Assembly: GCA_965219085.1 (NCBI GenBank)
Contig: OZ244720.1
Span: 672,001 to 736,000, forward strand
Direction: 5' to 3'
DNA: 64,000 nt
From: Dehalococcoidia bacterium
GTDB lineage: Bacteria; Chloroflexota; Dehalococcoidia; UBA2979
Below are positions 39,201 through 47,394 of this stretch, in pieces; the first letter of the stretch is position 1; each line of letters begins with the position of its first letter. Under the pieces are notes generated by a model. The model did no database searches. It was not told the DNA's origin and worked only from the letters and a program-made list of their open reading frames with translations. Made by a program: the position numbers and the translations under genes.

Positions 39201-42200
39201 GCCCCCGCGTTCGCGAGCGATACGAACACCTACACCGTTGGAGTCGCGAACAGCGTCGAGACGATCACGCTGACGCCGGCGGCGAGCCACTCGTGGGCCT
39301 CGGTCGAGTATCTCGACGCGAGCGACCTGCCGATCACCGACGCCGACGGAATGACCGATGGCCAGCAGGTGGCGCTCGTGGTGGGTGCGAACACGATCAA
39401 GGTCAAGGTCACGGCCGAGGACGACGCCACGACCCAGACCTACACGCTGACGGTCACCCGAGCGGTGGCGGGGGCTGCCACCGAGGCGACGCTGAGCGAT
39501 CTGGTGCTGGACGACGGCACGAGCGAACTGGCGCTCACGCCGGCCTTCGCCAGCGGGACGACGAGCTACACGCGCTGGGTCGGCAACGGCATCGATCAGA
39601 TCACGGTGACGCCGGAGACGAGCGATGCGAATGCATCGGTCGAGTATCTCGACGCGGGCGACGCGACCATCAGCGACGCCGACACCATGACCACCGGCCA
39701 GCAGATCGATCTCATCGAGGGCGAGAACACGATCAAGGTCAAGGTCACCGCCGAGGACGACGCCACGACCGAGACCTACACGGTCGTCGTGACCCGCGCG
39801 GCCCCTGCCGCCTCGACCGACGCAACACTGAGCGGCCTGGTGCTGAACGACGGCGCCAACGACCTGACGCTCACCCCGGCCTTCGCCTCGGGGACGACGA
39901 GCTACGCGGCTTCGGTCGGCAACGCCGTCTCGCAGATCACGGTGACGCCCACAAAGAGCGACACGGACGCCTCGGTCGAATATCTGGACGCGAGCGACGG
40001 GGCCATCACCGACGCCGATGGCATGACCGCCGGCCAGCAGGTGGCGCTCGTCGAGGGCGCGAACACGATCAAGGTGAAGGTCACCGCGGAGGACGTGATC
40101 ACGACCGAGACCTACACGGTCGTCGTGACCCGCGCGGCCCCCGCCGCCTCGACCGACGCGACCTTGGTCTCGAACGAAGACGCAACGGCTGGGACGGGTA
40201 ACTCAAGCGTCATTCATGCGCAGAGCTTCGTCACCGGAACCAATGCCGGCGGATACACGCTCTCCGAAATCCAGATCCGGCTAGGAGATTCCAGTGCGGT
40301 GCCAGGCGTTACCGGCGTCATCGCGGCCGTCAAGGCCGATGACTCCGGCGCACCGGGCGCCCTCGTCGCCAATCTCGTCAATCCCGGCAGTCTGACCGCG
40401 GACGCATTCAATGCGTTCACCGCGCCGGCCGGCACGACGCTCTCCGCGAACACGACGTACTGGGTGGTGATAAACGAGGAGCGGAGCAGCAACTCCGACC
40501 GGGTGAGGTTGTTCTCTACCGCAGACGATGACGAGGACATAGCCCTGACGGGGTGGAGCATCGGGGACGGCCGCCTGTGGAAGTCCAACGCATCAGACGC
40601 CAGTTGGAACACCTCCGCTGACTCGAATCTGATCATCGTCAAGGGCACCGTGAAGGGGGGCGCCACCAACAACGCGCCGGTCTTCGCCGACGCCACGACG
40701 ACGCGCAGCGTGCCCGAGAACAGCGCCGTGGGCACGAACGTCGGGAGCGCGGTCACCGCCACCGACGCCGACAGCGACACGCTGGAGTACACCCTGGAGG
40801 GGACGGATGCCGCGTCCTTCACCATCGTCTCGACTTCCGGCCAGATCCAGACCAAGACGGGGGTGACCTACAACCACGAGGGCACGTCCAGCTATTCGGT
40901 GACGGTCAAAGCCGACGACGGCAACGGCGGGACCGACACGATCGGGGTGACGGTCACGGTCAGCGACGTGAACGAGGTGCCGTCGGCGCCGGAAGCGCCG
41001 GACGTTACGGCGGCCTCGGGGACGACGGACAGCCTGGTCGTGGACTGGAAGGAGCCGGCCAACACCGGACCGGCGATCACCGACTACGACGTGCAGTACC
41101 GAAAAGGCAACAGCGGCGCCTTCACCGCCTGGAGCCACACGGACGCCACCACGTCCGCGACGATCACGGGGCTGGAGGCGAGCACGTCCTACCAGGTGCA
41201 GGTGAAGGCCCGCAACGACGAGGGAGCGAGCGCCTGGTCGGCCAGCGGCACGGGGAGCACCGGGTCGCCAGCCAGCGACGCGGCGCTGACCGCTCTGGTG
41301 CTGAACGACGGCGCCAACGACCTGACGCTGACGCCGACCTTCGCCAGCGGGACGACGAGCTACGCGGCCTCGGTCGGCAACGGCATCGATCAGATCACGG
41401 TGACGCCGGAGAAGAGCGACACTGACGCCTCGGTGGAGTACCTCGACGCGAGCGACGGGGCCATCAGCGATGCCGACGGGTCGGCCAGCGGCCAGCAGGT
41501 GGCGCTCGATGTGGGCGCGAACACGATCAAGGTCAAGGTCACCGCCGAGGACGCGACGACGACCCAGACCTACACGGTCGTCGTGACCCGCGCGGCCCCC
41601 GCCGCCTCGACCGACGCGGCGCTGAGCGGTCTGGTGCTGAACGACGGCGCCAACGACCTGACGCTCACCCCGGCCTTCGCCTCGGGGACGACGAGCTACG
41701 CGGCTTCGGTCGGCAACGGCATCGATCAGATCACGGTGACGCCAACCAAGAGCGACACGAACGCCTCGCTCGAGTATCTCGACGCGAACGGCGCGATCAT
41801 CAGCGACGCCGACGGGTCGGCCAGCGGCCAGCAGGTGGCGCTCGATGTGGGCGCGAACACGATCAAGGTCAAGGTCACCGCCGAGGACGCGACGACGACC
41901 CAGACCTACACGGTCGTCGTGACCCGCGCGGCCCCCGCCGCCTCGACCGACGCGGCGCTGAGCGGTCTGGTGCTGAACGACGGCGCCAACGACCTGACGC
42001 TCACCCCGGCCTTCGCCTCGGGGACGACGAGCTACGCGGCTTCGGTCGGCAACGGCATCGATCAGATCACGGTGACGCCAACCAAGAGCGACACGAACGC
42101 CTCGCTCGAGTATCTCGACGCGAACGGCGCGATCATCAGCGACGCCGACGGGTCGGCCAGCGGCCAGCAGGTGGCGCTGGAGGTGGGCGCGAACACGATC

Positions 42201-45200
42201 AAGGTGAAGGTCACCGCCGAGGACGCGACGACGACCGAGACCTATACGGTCGTCGTGACCCGCGCGGCCCCCGCCGCCTCGACCGACGCGGCGCTGAGCG
42301 GTCTGGTGCTGAACGGCGGCGCCAACGACCTGACGCTCACGCCGGCCTTCGCCAGCGGGACGACGAGCTACGCGGCCTCGGTCGGCAACGGCATCGATCA
42401 GATCACGGTGACGCCAACCAAGAGCGACACGAACGCCTCGCTCGAGTATCTCGACGCGAACGGCGCGATCATCAGCGACGCCGACGGGTCGGCCAGCGGC
42501 CAGCAGGTGGCGCTGGAGGTGGGCGCGAACACGATCAAGGTGAAGGTCACCGCCGAGGACGCGACGACGACCGGGACCTACACGGTCGTCGTGACGCGCG
42601 CGGCCCCCGCCGCCTCGACTGACGCGGCGCTGAGCGGTCTGGTGCTGAACGACGGGACGAACGACCTGACGCTCACCCCGGCCTTCGCCTCGGGGACGAC
42701 GAGCTACGCGGCCTCGGTCGGCAACGGCATCGATCAGATCACGGTGACGCCGGAGAAGAGCGACACGGACGCCTCGGTCGAGTATCTGGACGGTAACGAC
42801 GCGGCGATCAGCGACGCCGACGGGTCGGCCGCCGGCCAGCAGGTGGCGCTCGATGTGGGCGCGAACACGATCAAGGTCATGGTCACCGCCGAGGACGCGA
42901 CGACGACCGAGACCTACACGGTCGTCGTGACCCGCGCCATGGCGGGTCCGGTGGCGCCGCTGCCGCGGCCAGACACGCTGGTCAGCAATATCGGTAAAGC
43001 TAACACCGGCATCGCCCCCCTGGACGCATATGATTTTACCCAGGAGTTTACGACCGGCGACAACAGCGACGGCTATACGCTAACCAGCGTCGACATCGAG
43101 TTTGGCCAAGTTGAGGAAGCCAGGATCACCTACGCGGTCAGCATCCGGGAAGACAAGACCGGCGAGCCGGGAAGGAAAATCGAAAGGCTCACCGACCCGG
43201 CCAGGCTCTCGGCCAACGCCCTCAATACGTACACGACATCCGGCATCGCTCTGGCGGCGAACACGACCTACTTCGTACTGGTGAACAGTAGCACTACCCA
43301 CACTACCTATCTGCGGTACACCAGTTCGGATGCGGAGGATTCCGGGGCTGCGAGCGATTGGACGATTGGCGACGCCAGCCTCTTACGGTTCCAGCACGGA
43401 GGCACCTGGGGCACTTCTTCCGAGACCATCAAAATCCGCATCAACGGCACGGTGACGGGGGCCGACGCGACGCTGAGCGGTCTGGCGCTGCACGACGGCG
43501 CCAACGAGCTGACGCTCACGCCGACGTTCTCCTCGGGGACGACGAGCTACGCGGCCTCGGTCGGCGACGCCGTCTCGCAGATCACGGTGACGCCCACGAA
43601 GAGCGACGCGGACGCCTCGGTGGAGTACCTCGACGCGAGCGACGGGGCCATCAGCGACGCCGACGGGATGGCCAGCGGCCAGCAGGTGGCGCTCGTCTTG
43701 GGCGCGAACACGATCAAGCTCAGGGTCACCGCCGCGGACGCGATGACGACCGTGACCTACACGGTCGTCGTCACCCGCGCGGCGACGGCCTCGAGCGACG
43801 CAACGCTGAGCGGTCTGCTGCTGAACGACGGCGCCAACGAGCTGACGCTCACCCCAAGCTTCGCCTCCGGAACGACGAGCTACGCGGCCTCGGTCGGCAA
43901 CGCTGTCTCGCGGATCACGGTGACGCCGGAGAAGAGCCACACGGACGCCTCGCTCGAGTATCTCGACGGAAACGATGCGGCGATCAGCGACGCCGACGGG
44001 GCGGCCAGCGGCCAGCAGGTGGCGCTCGTGGTGGGCGCGAACACGATCAAGGTCGAAGTCACCGCCGCGGACGCGATGACGACCGTGACCTACACGATCG
44101 TCGTGACCCGCACCACTGGCCCCGGCACGGAGCCCGGCCCGCCCACCAACGTGCAGGCGTCGGGCAACGCCGAGCTCGGCGTCACCTGGGACGCCCCCGA
44201 CGACGGCGGCAGCGCCATCAGCGGCTACACGCTGCAGTGGAAGTCGGGCGCCGAGAGCTACAGCACGACGCGGCAAGCCACTGTCACGACCACCACCCAC
44301 ACCATCCCGGCGCTGACCAACGGCACGACCTACACGGTGCGGGTCAAGGCGACCAACACCCACGGCGACAGCGGCTGGACCGAGATCACGGCCACGCCGG
44401 GATCCGGCGCCGGCGTGGCGTCGGTGACGGTGGACCAGGCCAGCATCACCCAGACCAGCGCAGACGTCATCGTGACGGTGGAGAACCTCCAGGGCGTAGG
44501 CCACACGGTGTACGTGCGCTACCGGGAGGCGGGCGCTAACTGGCCGGGGAGCGCGAACCTGCTCCTGGCGACCAGCGGGACTGCCATCACCGTCACCCTG
44601 GCCGGCCTGAGCGGGAACACGGACTACGACGTGGCGGCGTCCCTGGACAGCGGCATCGCCCCGGGAGTCCGGACCGCCAGCTTCACGACCTTGCGCACGA
44701 AGCCGGGTAAGACCAGGGCGGTGAACGTCACCTTCGAAGGGGACGGCCAGTTCAGCATCGGCTGGACCCAGCCCGAGAACGACGGCGGGTCGCCCATCAC
44801 CGGTTACCAGGTGCAGTGGAAGTCGGGCAGCCAGAGCTTCGGCGGCGATCCGTCGCGGGAGGACACCACCGGGGCTTCGCCGAGGACCTACGTCGTCACC
44901 GGGCTGACCAACGGCACCGCGTACACGGTGCGGGTGATTGCGGTGAACGCCGTCGGCGACGGCCCGCCGTCCGATGAGCAGACAGCCACCCCCGTCGTCG
45001 GCAAGCCGGACGCGCCCGGCAACGTGCAGGCATTGTCGGGCAACGCCGAGCTGACCGTGACCTGGGACGGCCCCTACGACGGCGGCAGCGCCATCACCGA
45101 GTACACCCTGCAGTGGAAGTCGGGCAACCAGAGCTTCGGGGGCGATCCGTCGCGGGAGGACACCACCGGGGCTTCGCCGAGGACCTACGTCGTCACCGGG

Positions 45201-46910
45201 CTGGCCAACGGCACCCAGTACGCGGTGCGGGTCAAGGCGACCAACACCAACGGCGACAGCGGCTGGTCCGTCGAGGCGACGGGCACTCCCCGTTCCAGCA
45301 TCACCACCGGCGGCGGAGGCGGCGGTGGTGGTGGTGGCCCGTCGGGGCCCTCGCCGAGCGAGCTGGACTTCGAGTGGAACGTGAAGCGCGACCTCGAAGC
45401 GCTGGACGGCGGCCACGACACGCCGACCGGCTCCTGGTCCGACGGCACGGTCCTCTGGATCGCCGAGAACGGCCCGGGCGCCGGCGACGCCGTCTACGCC
45501 TACGACCTCCAGACCGGCGAACGGGTGGAGGAGCGCGAGTTCGAACTCGACGAGCGCAACCGCGCGCCGCGCGGCGTCTGGTCCGACGGCGAGACGGTGT
45601 GGGTCTCCGACAGCGGCCAGGACCGCCTCTTCGGCCATGACCTCGAGACGGGCGAGCGGCTGCCGGAGCGCGACCTCGAGCTCGACGAGGACAACGGCGC
45701 CGCCCGCGGCATCTGGTCGGATGGCGAGAGGATGTGGGTGCTCGACGGCGGCAAGGACAGCCTCTTCGCCTACGACCTCGGGAGCGGCGCGCTGGTGGCC
45801 GAGTACGCCCTCGACGACGCCAACGGCGACCCCCACGGCATCTGGTCGGACGGCGTCACGATCTGGGTCTCGGACCACGGCGCGAAGCGGCTCTTCGCCT
45901 ACCGCCTCGATGATGGGGCGCTCGTACGCAACAGCGAGGAGGAGTTCACGGAGCTGAGCAAGGCCTCCAACAACAGCCCGCGCGGCATCTGGTCGGACGG
46001 CGAGGTGATCTACGTGGCCGACGAGAGCGACGACAAGGTCTACAGCTACAACATGCCCGACGCGATCGACGCGCGCCTCGCCTCGCTGACGCTGAGCGGC
46101 ATCGAGATCGGGGAGTTCTCGGGGGACCGCACGGAGTACGACGGCGTCGCCGCCGAGGGCGTGACGGAGACGACGGTCGAGGCGGAGGCGCTGCAGCGCC
46201 GCACGACCGTCCTCATCGAGCCGGCCGACGCCGGCGGCGACGACACGAACGGCCACCAGCTGGCGCTGGAGGGCATCGACGCGATCACGGTCACCGTGAC
46301 CTCGGCCGACGGCAGCCGCACGCGCGTCTATCGCGTGCGGCTTGAGGGCGGCGCGGCGCAGGAAGCGCCCTGGACGCACTGCTTGCGCGGCGACATCGCT
46401 GAGGGCTTCAGCCTCGTCGTCTATGAGGGCGGCGGCGTCGAGGAACTGGTCACCTGCGCGGAGAGCCGCGATGTCGTGGCCCTCTACGCGCTGCACGGCG
46501 GCGAGTTCGTCTCGTACATCCTTGGAGCGCCGGAGTTCGTGAACCAACCGTTCGTCGAGCTGTTCGCCGATGGCGTCCCCCCGGTCACGCCGCTGGTCGC
46601 TGGGAGCAGCGGACCGCCATCAACGGACCCGAACCTCGGCGACGGCGCCCTGTTGCCCTGGCCGGAGTGCCTGCGCGGCGAGATCGCCGCGGGCTTCAGC
46701 CTCGTCATCTATGAGGGCGGTAGCGTCGATGATCTCGTGGCCTGCGCGCAGAGCCTGGCCGTCACGGCCCTCTACGCGCTCCACGACGGCGAGTTCGTTC
46801 CCTACATCCTTGGTGCGCCCGACTTCGTGAACCGCGACTTCAGGGAGTTGTTCGCCGACGGCCTGCCCGCCATCGCAGCACTGGTCGCCAGGAGCGAGGG
46901 GCACCCGTAG
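32871..46910 (+). CDS. Giant secreted protein (4679 aa): FN3, three GDQFRL lectin-fold-like domains, Ig, internal NHL-like propeller, Calx-beta, about 11 cadherin-like beta-sandwich repeats, two TLVSN..Q.F.TG domains, FN3s, constant C-terminal module
   Basis: AGGAGG RBS, signal peptide; repeated W.L.P....GDQFRL.F...DARDNTGT...GVPIYWLNG...Y.G.WD...WTG; LVLNDG.NDLTLTPAFASGTTSY...NTIKVKVTAED repeats. Confidence 0.93.
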   Translation: MAHTARPRLAILFAALAALFLCLTGPPAQAQGGSVPEKPTGLSSEASHDSVSLTWDDPGDDSITHYQVFRRDRDVHAAGEFVTITENTGSAATGYTDDTVEPERRYVYRVKAVNAHGASTWSGYRRASTPAAPAPDPTPTPTPTPDPADLAPSGLTAEPARGRGVALRWTAPAEDAASVTGYEVLRAQGKAELTTLADTDSTDTTYTDETATAAGETYAYQVKALRGEEKSQGSNYAVAGIPAVRERNDPPIAVRQSGMTKVLPSWSLIPSGVGPGDQFRLMFLTTNRDARPTDIDVYNEWVQGRAAGGHDDVRYYAETFKALGCTAADDARDNTGTTHTNDDKGVPIYWLNGPKVADEYDDLYDGDWDEEAKMRTRGGSERNNPQYVWTGCNHNGTKYSGAHLGSTEPLLGRPNTSDGPLSSSNVLHKANDLNLYALSDVFETAFPSYAVWSATLTVGTESATPDDFYGFMGSTGDLDPDNFIYDTSTVTVTELGYRGDTAYFDIGSGKDALGSGEFSLYVGGTYLRISNPAADSDGRLTLQDHGLSWSAGDTVVVFLTENQEASGEPTIIGAPQVGERLSADTSSGITDPNNSPPTADGFSYQWILVDGGVETDVPGATASIYWPSPADVGKRLKLKVSFTDDAGFDEEVTSEATNPVAPVAVTWVSSDWSLIPDGLGAGDQFRLLFVSSDDRKAGASDIDDYNDWIQQQVADNGHAGIQGYNGLFRAVGSTNDVDARDNTGTRFTAGETGVPIYWLNGAQVADDYEDFYDGDWDDEVDVRDETGAAPTSIGRVWTGSDHDGTEQFTNGASRALGNSGGAWVRQGSLNSASGGPLSRDTADRNSNNEMYGLSGVFRVADAPVVPLDWGLLPSRLSEGDQFRLLFLSSETRTAESTDIADYNTWVQALAGAGHTDIQGYRPYFRVVGSTADVDARDNTGTTFTDADTGVPIYWLNGSKAADHYRDFYNGNWDQEASMRDEAGTIVFTFHPWTGSKHDGTEAFSSGDSRALGAASVRRGQPNSTVAGSGPLSSNSDASASEVGKFYALSDVFEVFTNSRPTAGPTISGFPQLGMTLTADASTIVDPDGTSGASFSYQWVRSEAGTDSEISGATATSYTLVEADVGTLIKVTVSYSDGEDMAETATSEPLGPVGRVVIDSAGNVDARGVWLESAAAGGFIIRLSDDEDDRVYGYTTGPLTHSPAHGFDLHADNGDATGIAAADGVLWVADRGDDQLFAYNVGASGTFGARLTAKEFDLHADNQRPAGVWTDGETLYVADPDEAKLFAYRVGAGGTFGESLADQDVALHADNDAPWGVWSTGTVIWVADRSDDFIYAYSLSAGGARLDAVALRWEWPLDTADGNTDPWGMWSDDDRLWVLDDGRSKLFAYYLPLPSAPDPPAAVAISGDGVGELTVEWEAPGDDGGSAISGYTVQWKSGAESFDSSREGTAAATARSQTIPNLTNDTEYTLRVQATNANGGSDWAETTGTPRAAAVSITGDTEFVREGTAAAFTLSRTGPAAAALTVSVLVTQEGSFIDGTLPTSVTIAAGDAEAPLRIATEDDDLGEDDGSIKVTITGVSSAIAISQTAGSATVAVRDDSDLKAKVSVDVESLTFAESVGTVTLKYAARMEPNVSPFAFAVSVLTDRGTARTLDGDFEGFSEHVTVAATDFQIENGQQVAHKTVDITINNNHAGRWEGDETFDFLVQRAPGTPGSVLVVDGDGNNAVGGATTTITIADNDAAPSLDMSVSPSLVEEGDSATLTVTIADGSAFAADQTIALTFSGTATRDVDYTADLATADVDALTLAAGLTEVAATVTVLDDAIDDDTGETIVIEAAHAGTSFSETYTLTIGVASLASDTALSALVLNDGTDDLTLTPAFASGTTSYAASVGNAVAQITVTPAKRDTDASLEYLDADDATISDADGMTAGQQVDLIEGENTIKVKVTAEDDATTETYTVVVTRAQRCDGTQLWCETMTVGTGAGTILGWSASGIVIAGGSLGGGDQDFDYGTHTYSFAIIFLSGTTLGIEFGAGAAGDLASTRTRDKLVFTVDGQAFGLGAGNLAANGRGVNWTSTGLTWMAGGTVDLEVVEAAVSTDAALSDLSLSDGTLAPAFASDTNTYTVGVANSVETITLTPAASHSWASVEYLDASDLPITDADGMTDGQQVALVVGANTIKVKVTAEDDATTQTYTLTVTRAVAGAATEATLSDLVLDDGTSELALTPAFASGTTSYTRWVGNGIDQITVTPETSDANASVEYLDAGDATISDADTMTTGQQIDLIEGENTIKVKVTAEDDATTETYTVVVTRAAPAASTDATLSGLVLNDGANDLTLTPAFASGTTSYAASVGNAVSQITVTPTKSDTDASVEYLDASDGAITDADGMTAGQQVALVEGANTIKVKVTAEDVITTETYTVVVTRAAPAASTDATLVSNEDATAGTGNSSVIHAQSFVTGTNAGGYTLSEIQIRLGDSSAVPGVTGVIAAVKADDSGAPGALVANLVNPGSLTADAFNAFTAPAGTTLSANTTYWVVINEERSSNSDRVRLFSTADDDEDIALTGWSIGDGRLWKSNASDASWNTSADSNLIIVKGTVKGGATNNAPVFADATTTRSVPENSAVGTNVGSAVTATDADSDTLEYTLEGTDAASFTIVSTSGQIQTKTGVTYNHEGTSSYSVTVKADDGNGGTDTIGVTVTVSDVNEVPSAPEAPDVTAASGTTDSLVVDWKEPANTGPAITDYDVQYRKGNSGAFTAWSHTDATTSATITGLEASTSYQVQVKARNDEGASAWSASGTGSTGSPASDAALTALVLNDGANDLTLTPTFASGTTSYAASVGNGIDQITVTPEKSDTDASVEYLDASDGAISDADGSASGQQVALDVGANTIKVKVTAEDATTTQTYTVVVTRAAPAASTDAALSGLVLNDGANDLTLTPAFASGTTSYAASVGNGIDQITVTPTKSDTNASLEYLDANGAIISDADGSASGQQVALDVGANTIKVKVTAEDATTTQTYTVVVTRAAPAASTDAALSGLVLNDGANDLTLTPAFASGTTSYAASVGNGIDQITVTPTKSDTNASLEYLDANGAIISDADGSASGQQVALEVGANTIKVKVTAEDATTTETYTVVVTRAAPAASTDAALSGLVLNGGANDLTLTPAFASGTTSYAASVGNGIDQITVTPTKSDTNASLEYLDANGAIISDADGSASGQQVALEVGANTIKVKVTAEDATTTGTYTVVVTRAAPAASTDAALSGLVLNDGTNDLTLTPAFASGTTSYAASVGNGIDQITVTPEKSDTDASVEYLDGNDAAISDADGSAAGQQVALDVGANTIKVMVTAEDATTTETYTVVVTRAMAGPVAPLPRPDTLVSNIGKANTGIAPLDAYDFTQEFTTGDNSDGYTLTSVDIEFGQVEEARITYAVSIREDKTGEPGRKIERLTDPARLSANALNTYTTSGIALAANTTYFVLVNSSTTHTTYLRYTSSDAEDSGAASDWTIGDASLLRFQHGGTWGTSSETIKIRINGTVTGADATLSGLALHDGANELTLTPTFSSGTTSYAASVGDAVSQITVTPTKSDADASVEYLDASDGAISDADGMASGQQVALVLGANTIKLRVTAADAMTTVTYTVVVTRAATASSDATLSGLLLNDGANELTLTPSFASGTTSYAASVGNAVSRITVTPEKSHTDASLEYLDGNDAAISDADGAASGQQVALVVGANTIKVEVTAADAMTTVTYTIVVTRTTGPGTEPGPPTNVQASGNAELGVTWDAPDDGGSAISGYTLQWKSGAESYSTTRQATVTTTTHTIPALTNGTTYTVRVKATNTHGDSGWTEITATPGSGAGVASVTVDQASITQTSADVIVTVENLQGVGHTVYVRYREAGANWPGSANLLLATSGTAITVTLAGLSGNTDYDVAASLDSGIAPGVRTASFTTLRTKPGKTRAVNVTFEGDGQFSIGWTQPENDGGSPITGYQVQWKSGSQSFGGDPSREDTTGASPRTYVVTGLTNGTAYTVRVIAVNAVGDGPPSDEQTATPVVGKPDAPGNVQALSGNAELTVTWDGPYDGGSAITEYTLQWKSGNQSFGGDPSREDTTGASPRTYVVTGLANGTQYAVRVKATNTNGDSGWSVEATGTPRSSITTGGGGGGGGGGPSGPSPSELDFEWNVKRDLEALDGGHDTPTGSWSDGTVLWIAENGPGAGDAVYAYDLQTGERVEEREFELDERNRAPRGVWSDGETVWVSDSGQDRLFGHDLETGERLPERDLELDEDNGAARGIWSDGERMWVLDGGKDSLFAYDLGSGALVAEYALDDANGDPHGIWSDGVTIWVSDHGAKRLFAYRLDDGALVRNSEEEFTELSKASNNSPRGIWSDGEVIYVADESDDKVYSYNMPDAIDARLASLTLSGIEIGEFSGDRTEYDGVAAEGVTETTVEAEALQRRTTVLIEPADAGGDDTNGHQLALEGIDAITVTVTSADGSRTRVYRVRLEGGAAQEAPWTHCLRGDIAEGFSLVVYEGGGVEELVTCAESRDVVALYALHGGEFVSYILGAPEFVNQPFVELFADGVPPVTPLVAGSSGPPSTDPNLGDGALLPWPECLRGEIAAGFSLVIYEGGSVDDLVACAQSLAVTALYALHDGEFVPYILGAPDFVNRDFRELFADGLPAIAALVARSEGHP
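41277..42940 (+). repeat. Five tandem near-identical 336-bp cadherin-like beta-sandwich coding repeats
   Basis: GACGCGGCGCTG unit starts at 41277, 41613, 41949, 42285, 42621. Confidence 0.92.
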
Positions 46911-47244
46911 GTGGCTCGACGGGGACTACGGGTGATGCGCTGTCCGGGTAGGCGCTCGCACCTGCGCGTATGAGGGCCGTTCTCCCCGAGGACAACCCGG
47001 GATGAGGCCGTCCGTTCGGCCTCACGTTCGCGTACGGGATGGCAGCGCAGACGGTCGCCGAAGGCTCGCGGTGACCGCGGTCGAGGACAGCGACCGGCCG
47101 AACCTGGCCTACGGCGCGCCCGGGCCGGCTCAGGCTCATACGGGGTGCTGGAGTAGGGGCAGCGACCCGGCCTGAGCGGGCCGGGACCTGCCGCTGTGCG
47201 GCGTCCGTGGCTGTCCGGCAGGGTTTCGGGCGACAAAGGAGCCC

Positions 47245-47340
47245 GCATACATGGACGTGCCCCGTGTCTTGCGGCCTTGCGGCCTTGCGCCCGCGCCGGC
47301 CGGCTCCTTAACGGCGAAACGGCTGCATACATGGACGTGC
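47245..47340. repeat. Perfect 16-bp direct repeat pair flanking a short CTTGCGGC tandem, at the junction of the array and the conjugative element
   Basis: GCATACATGGACGTGC at 47245-47260 and 47325-47340; CTTGCGGC x2.7 at ~47268-47290. Confidence 0.8.
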
Positions 47341-47394
47341 GGGGGAGGCCATCGCTCTGACAGCAATGGCCTCCCCTCCCTCGTGCCCCCCGGC

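Noticed and set aside
41277-42940. Identical 336-bp period in two unrelated tandem arrays
   Set aside because: The sequences are unrelated; ~112 aa is a typical beta-sandwich domain size, so likely coincidence.
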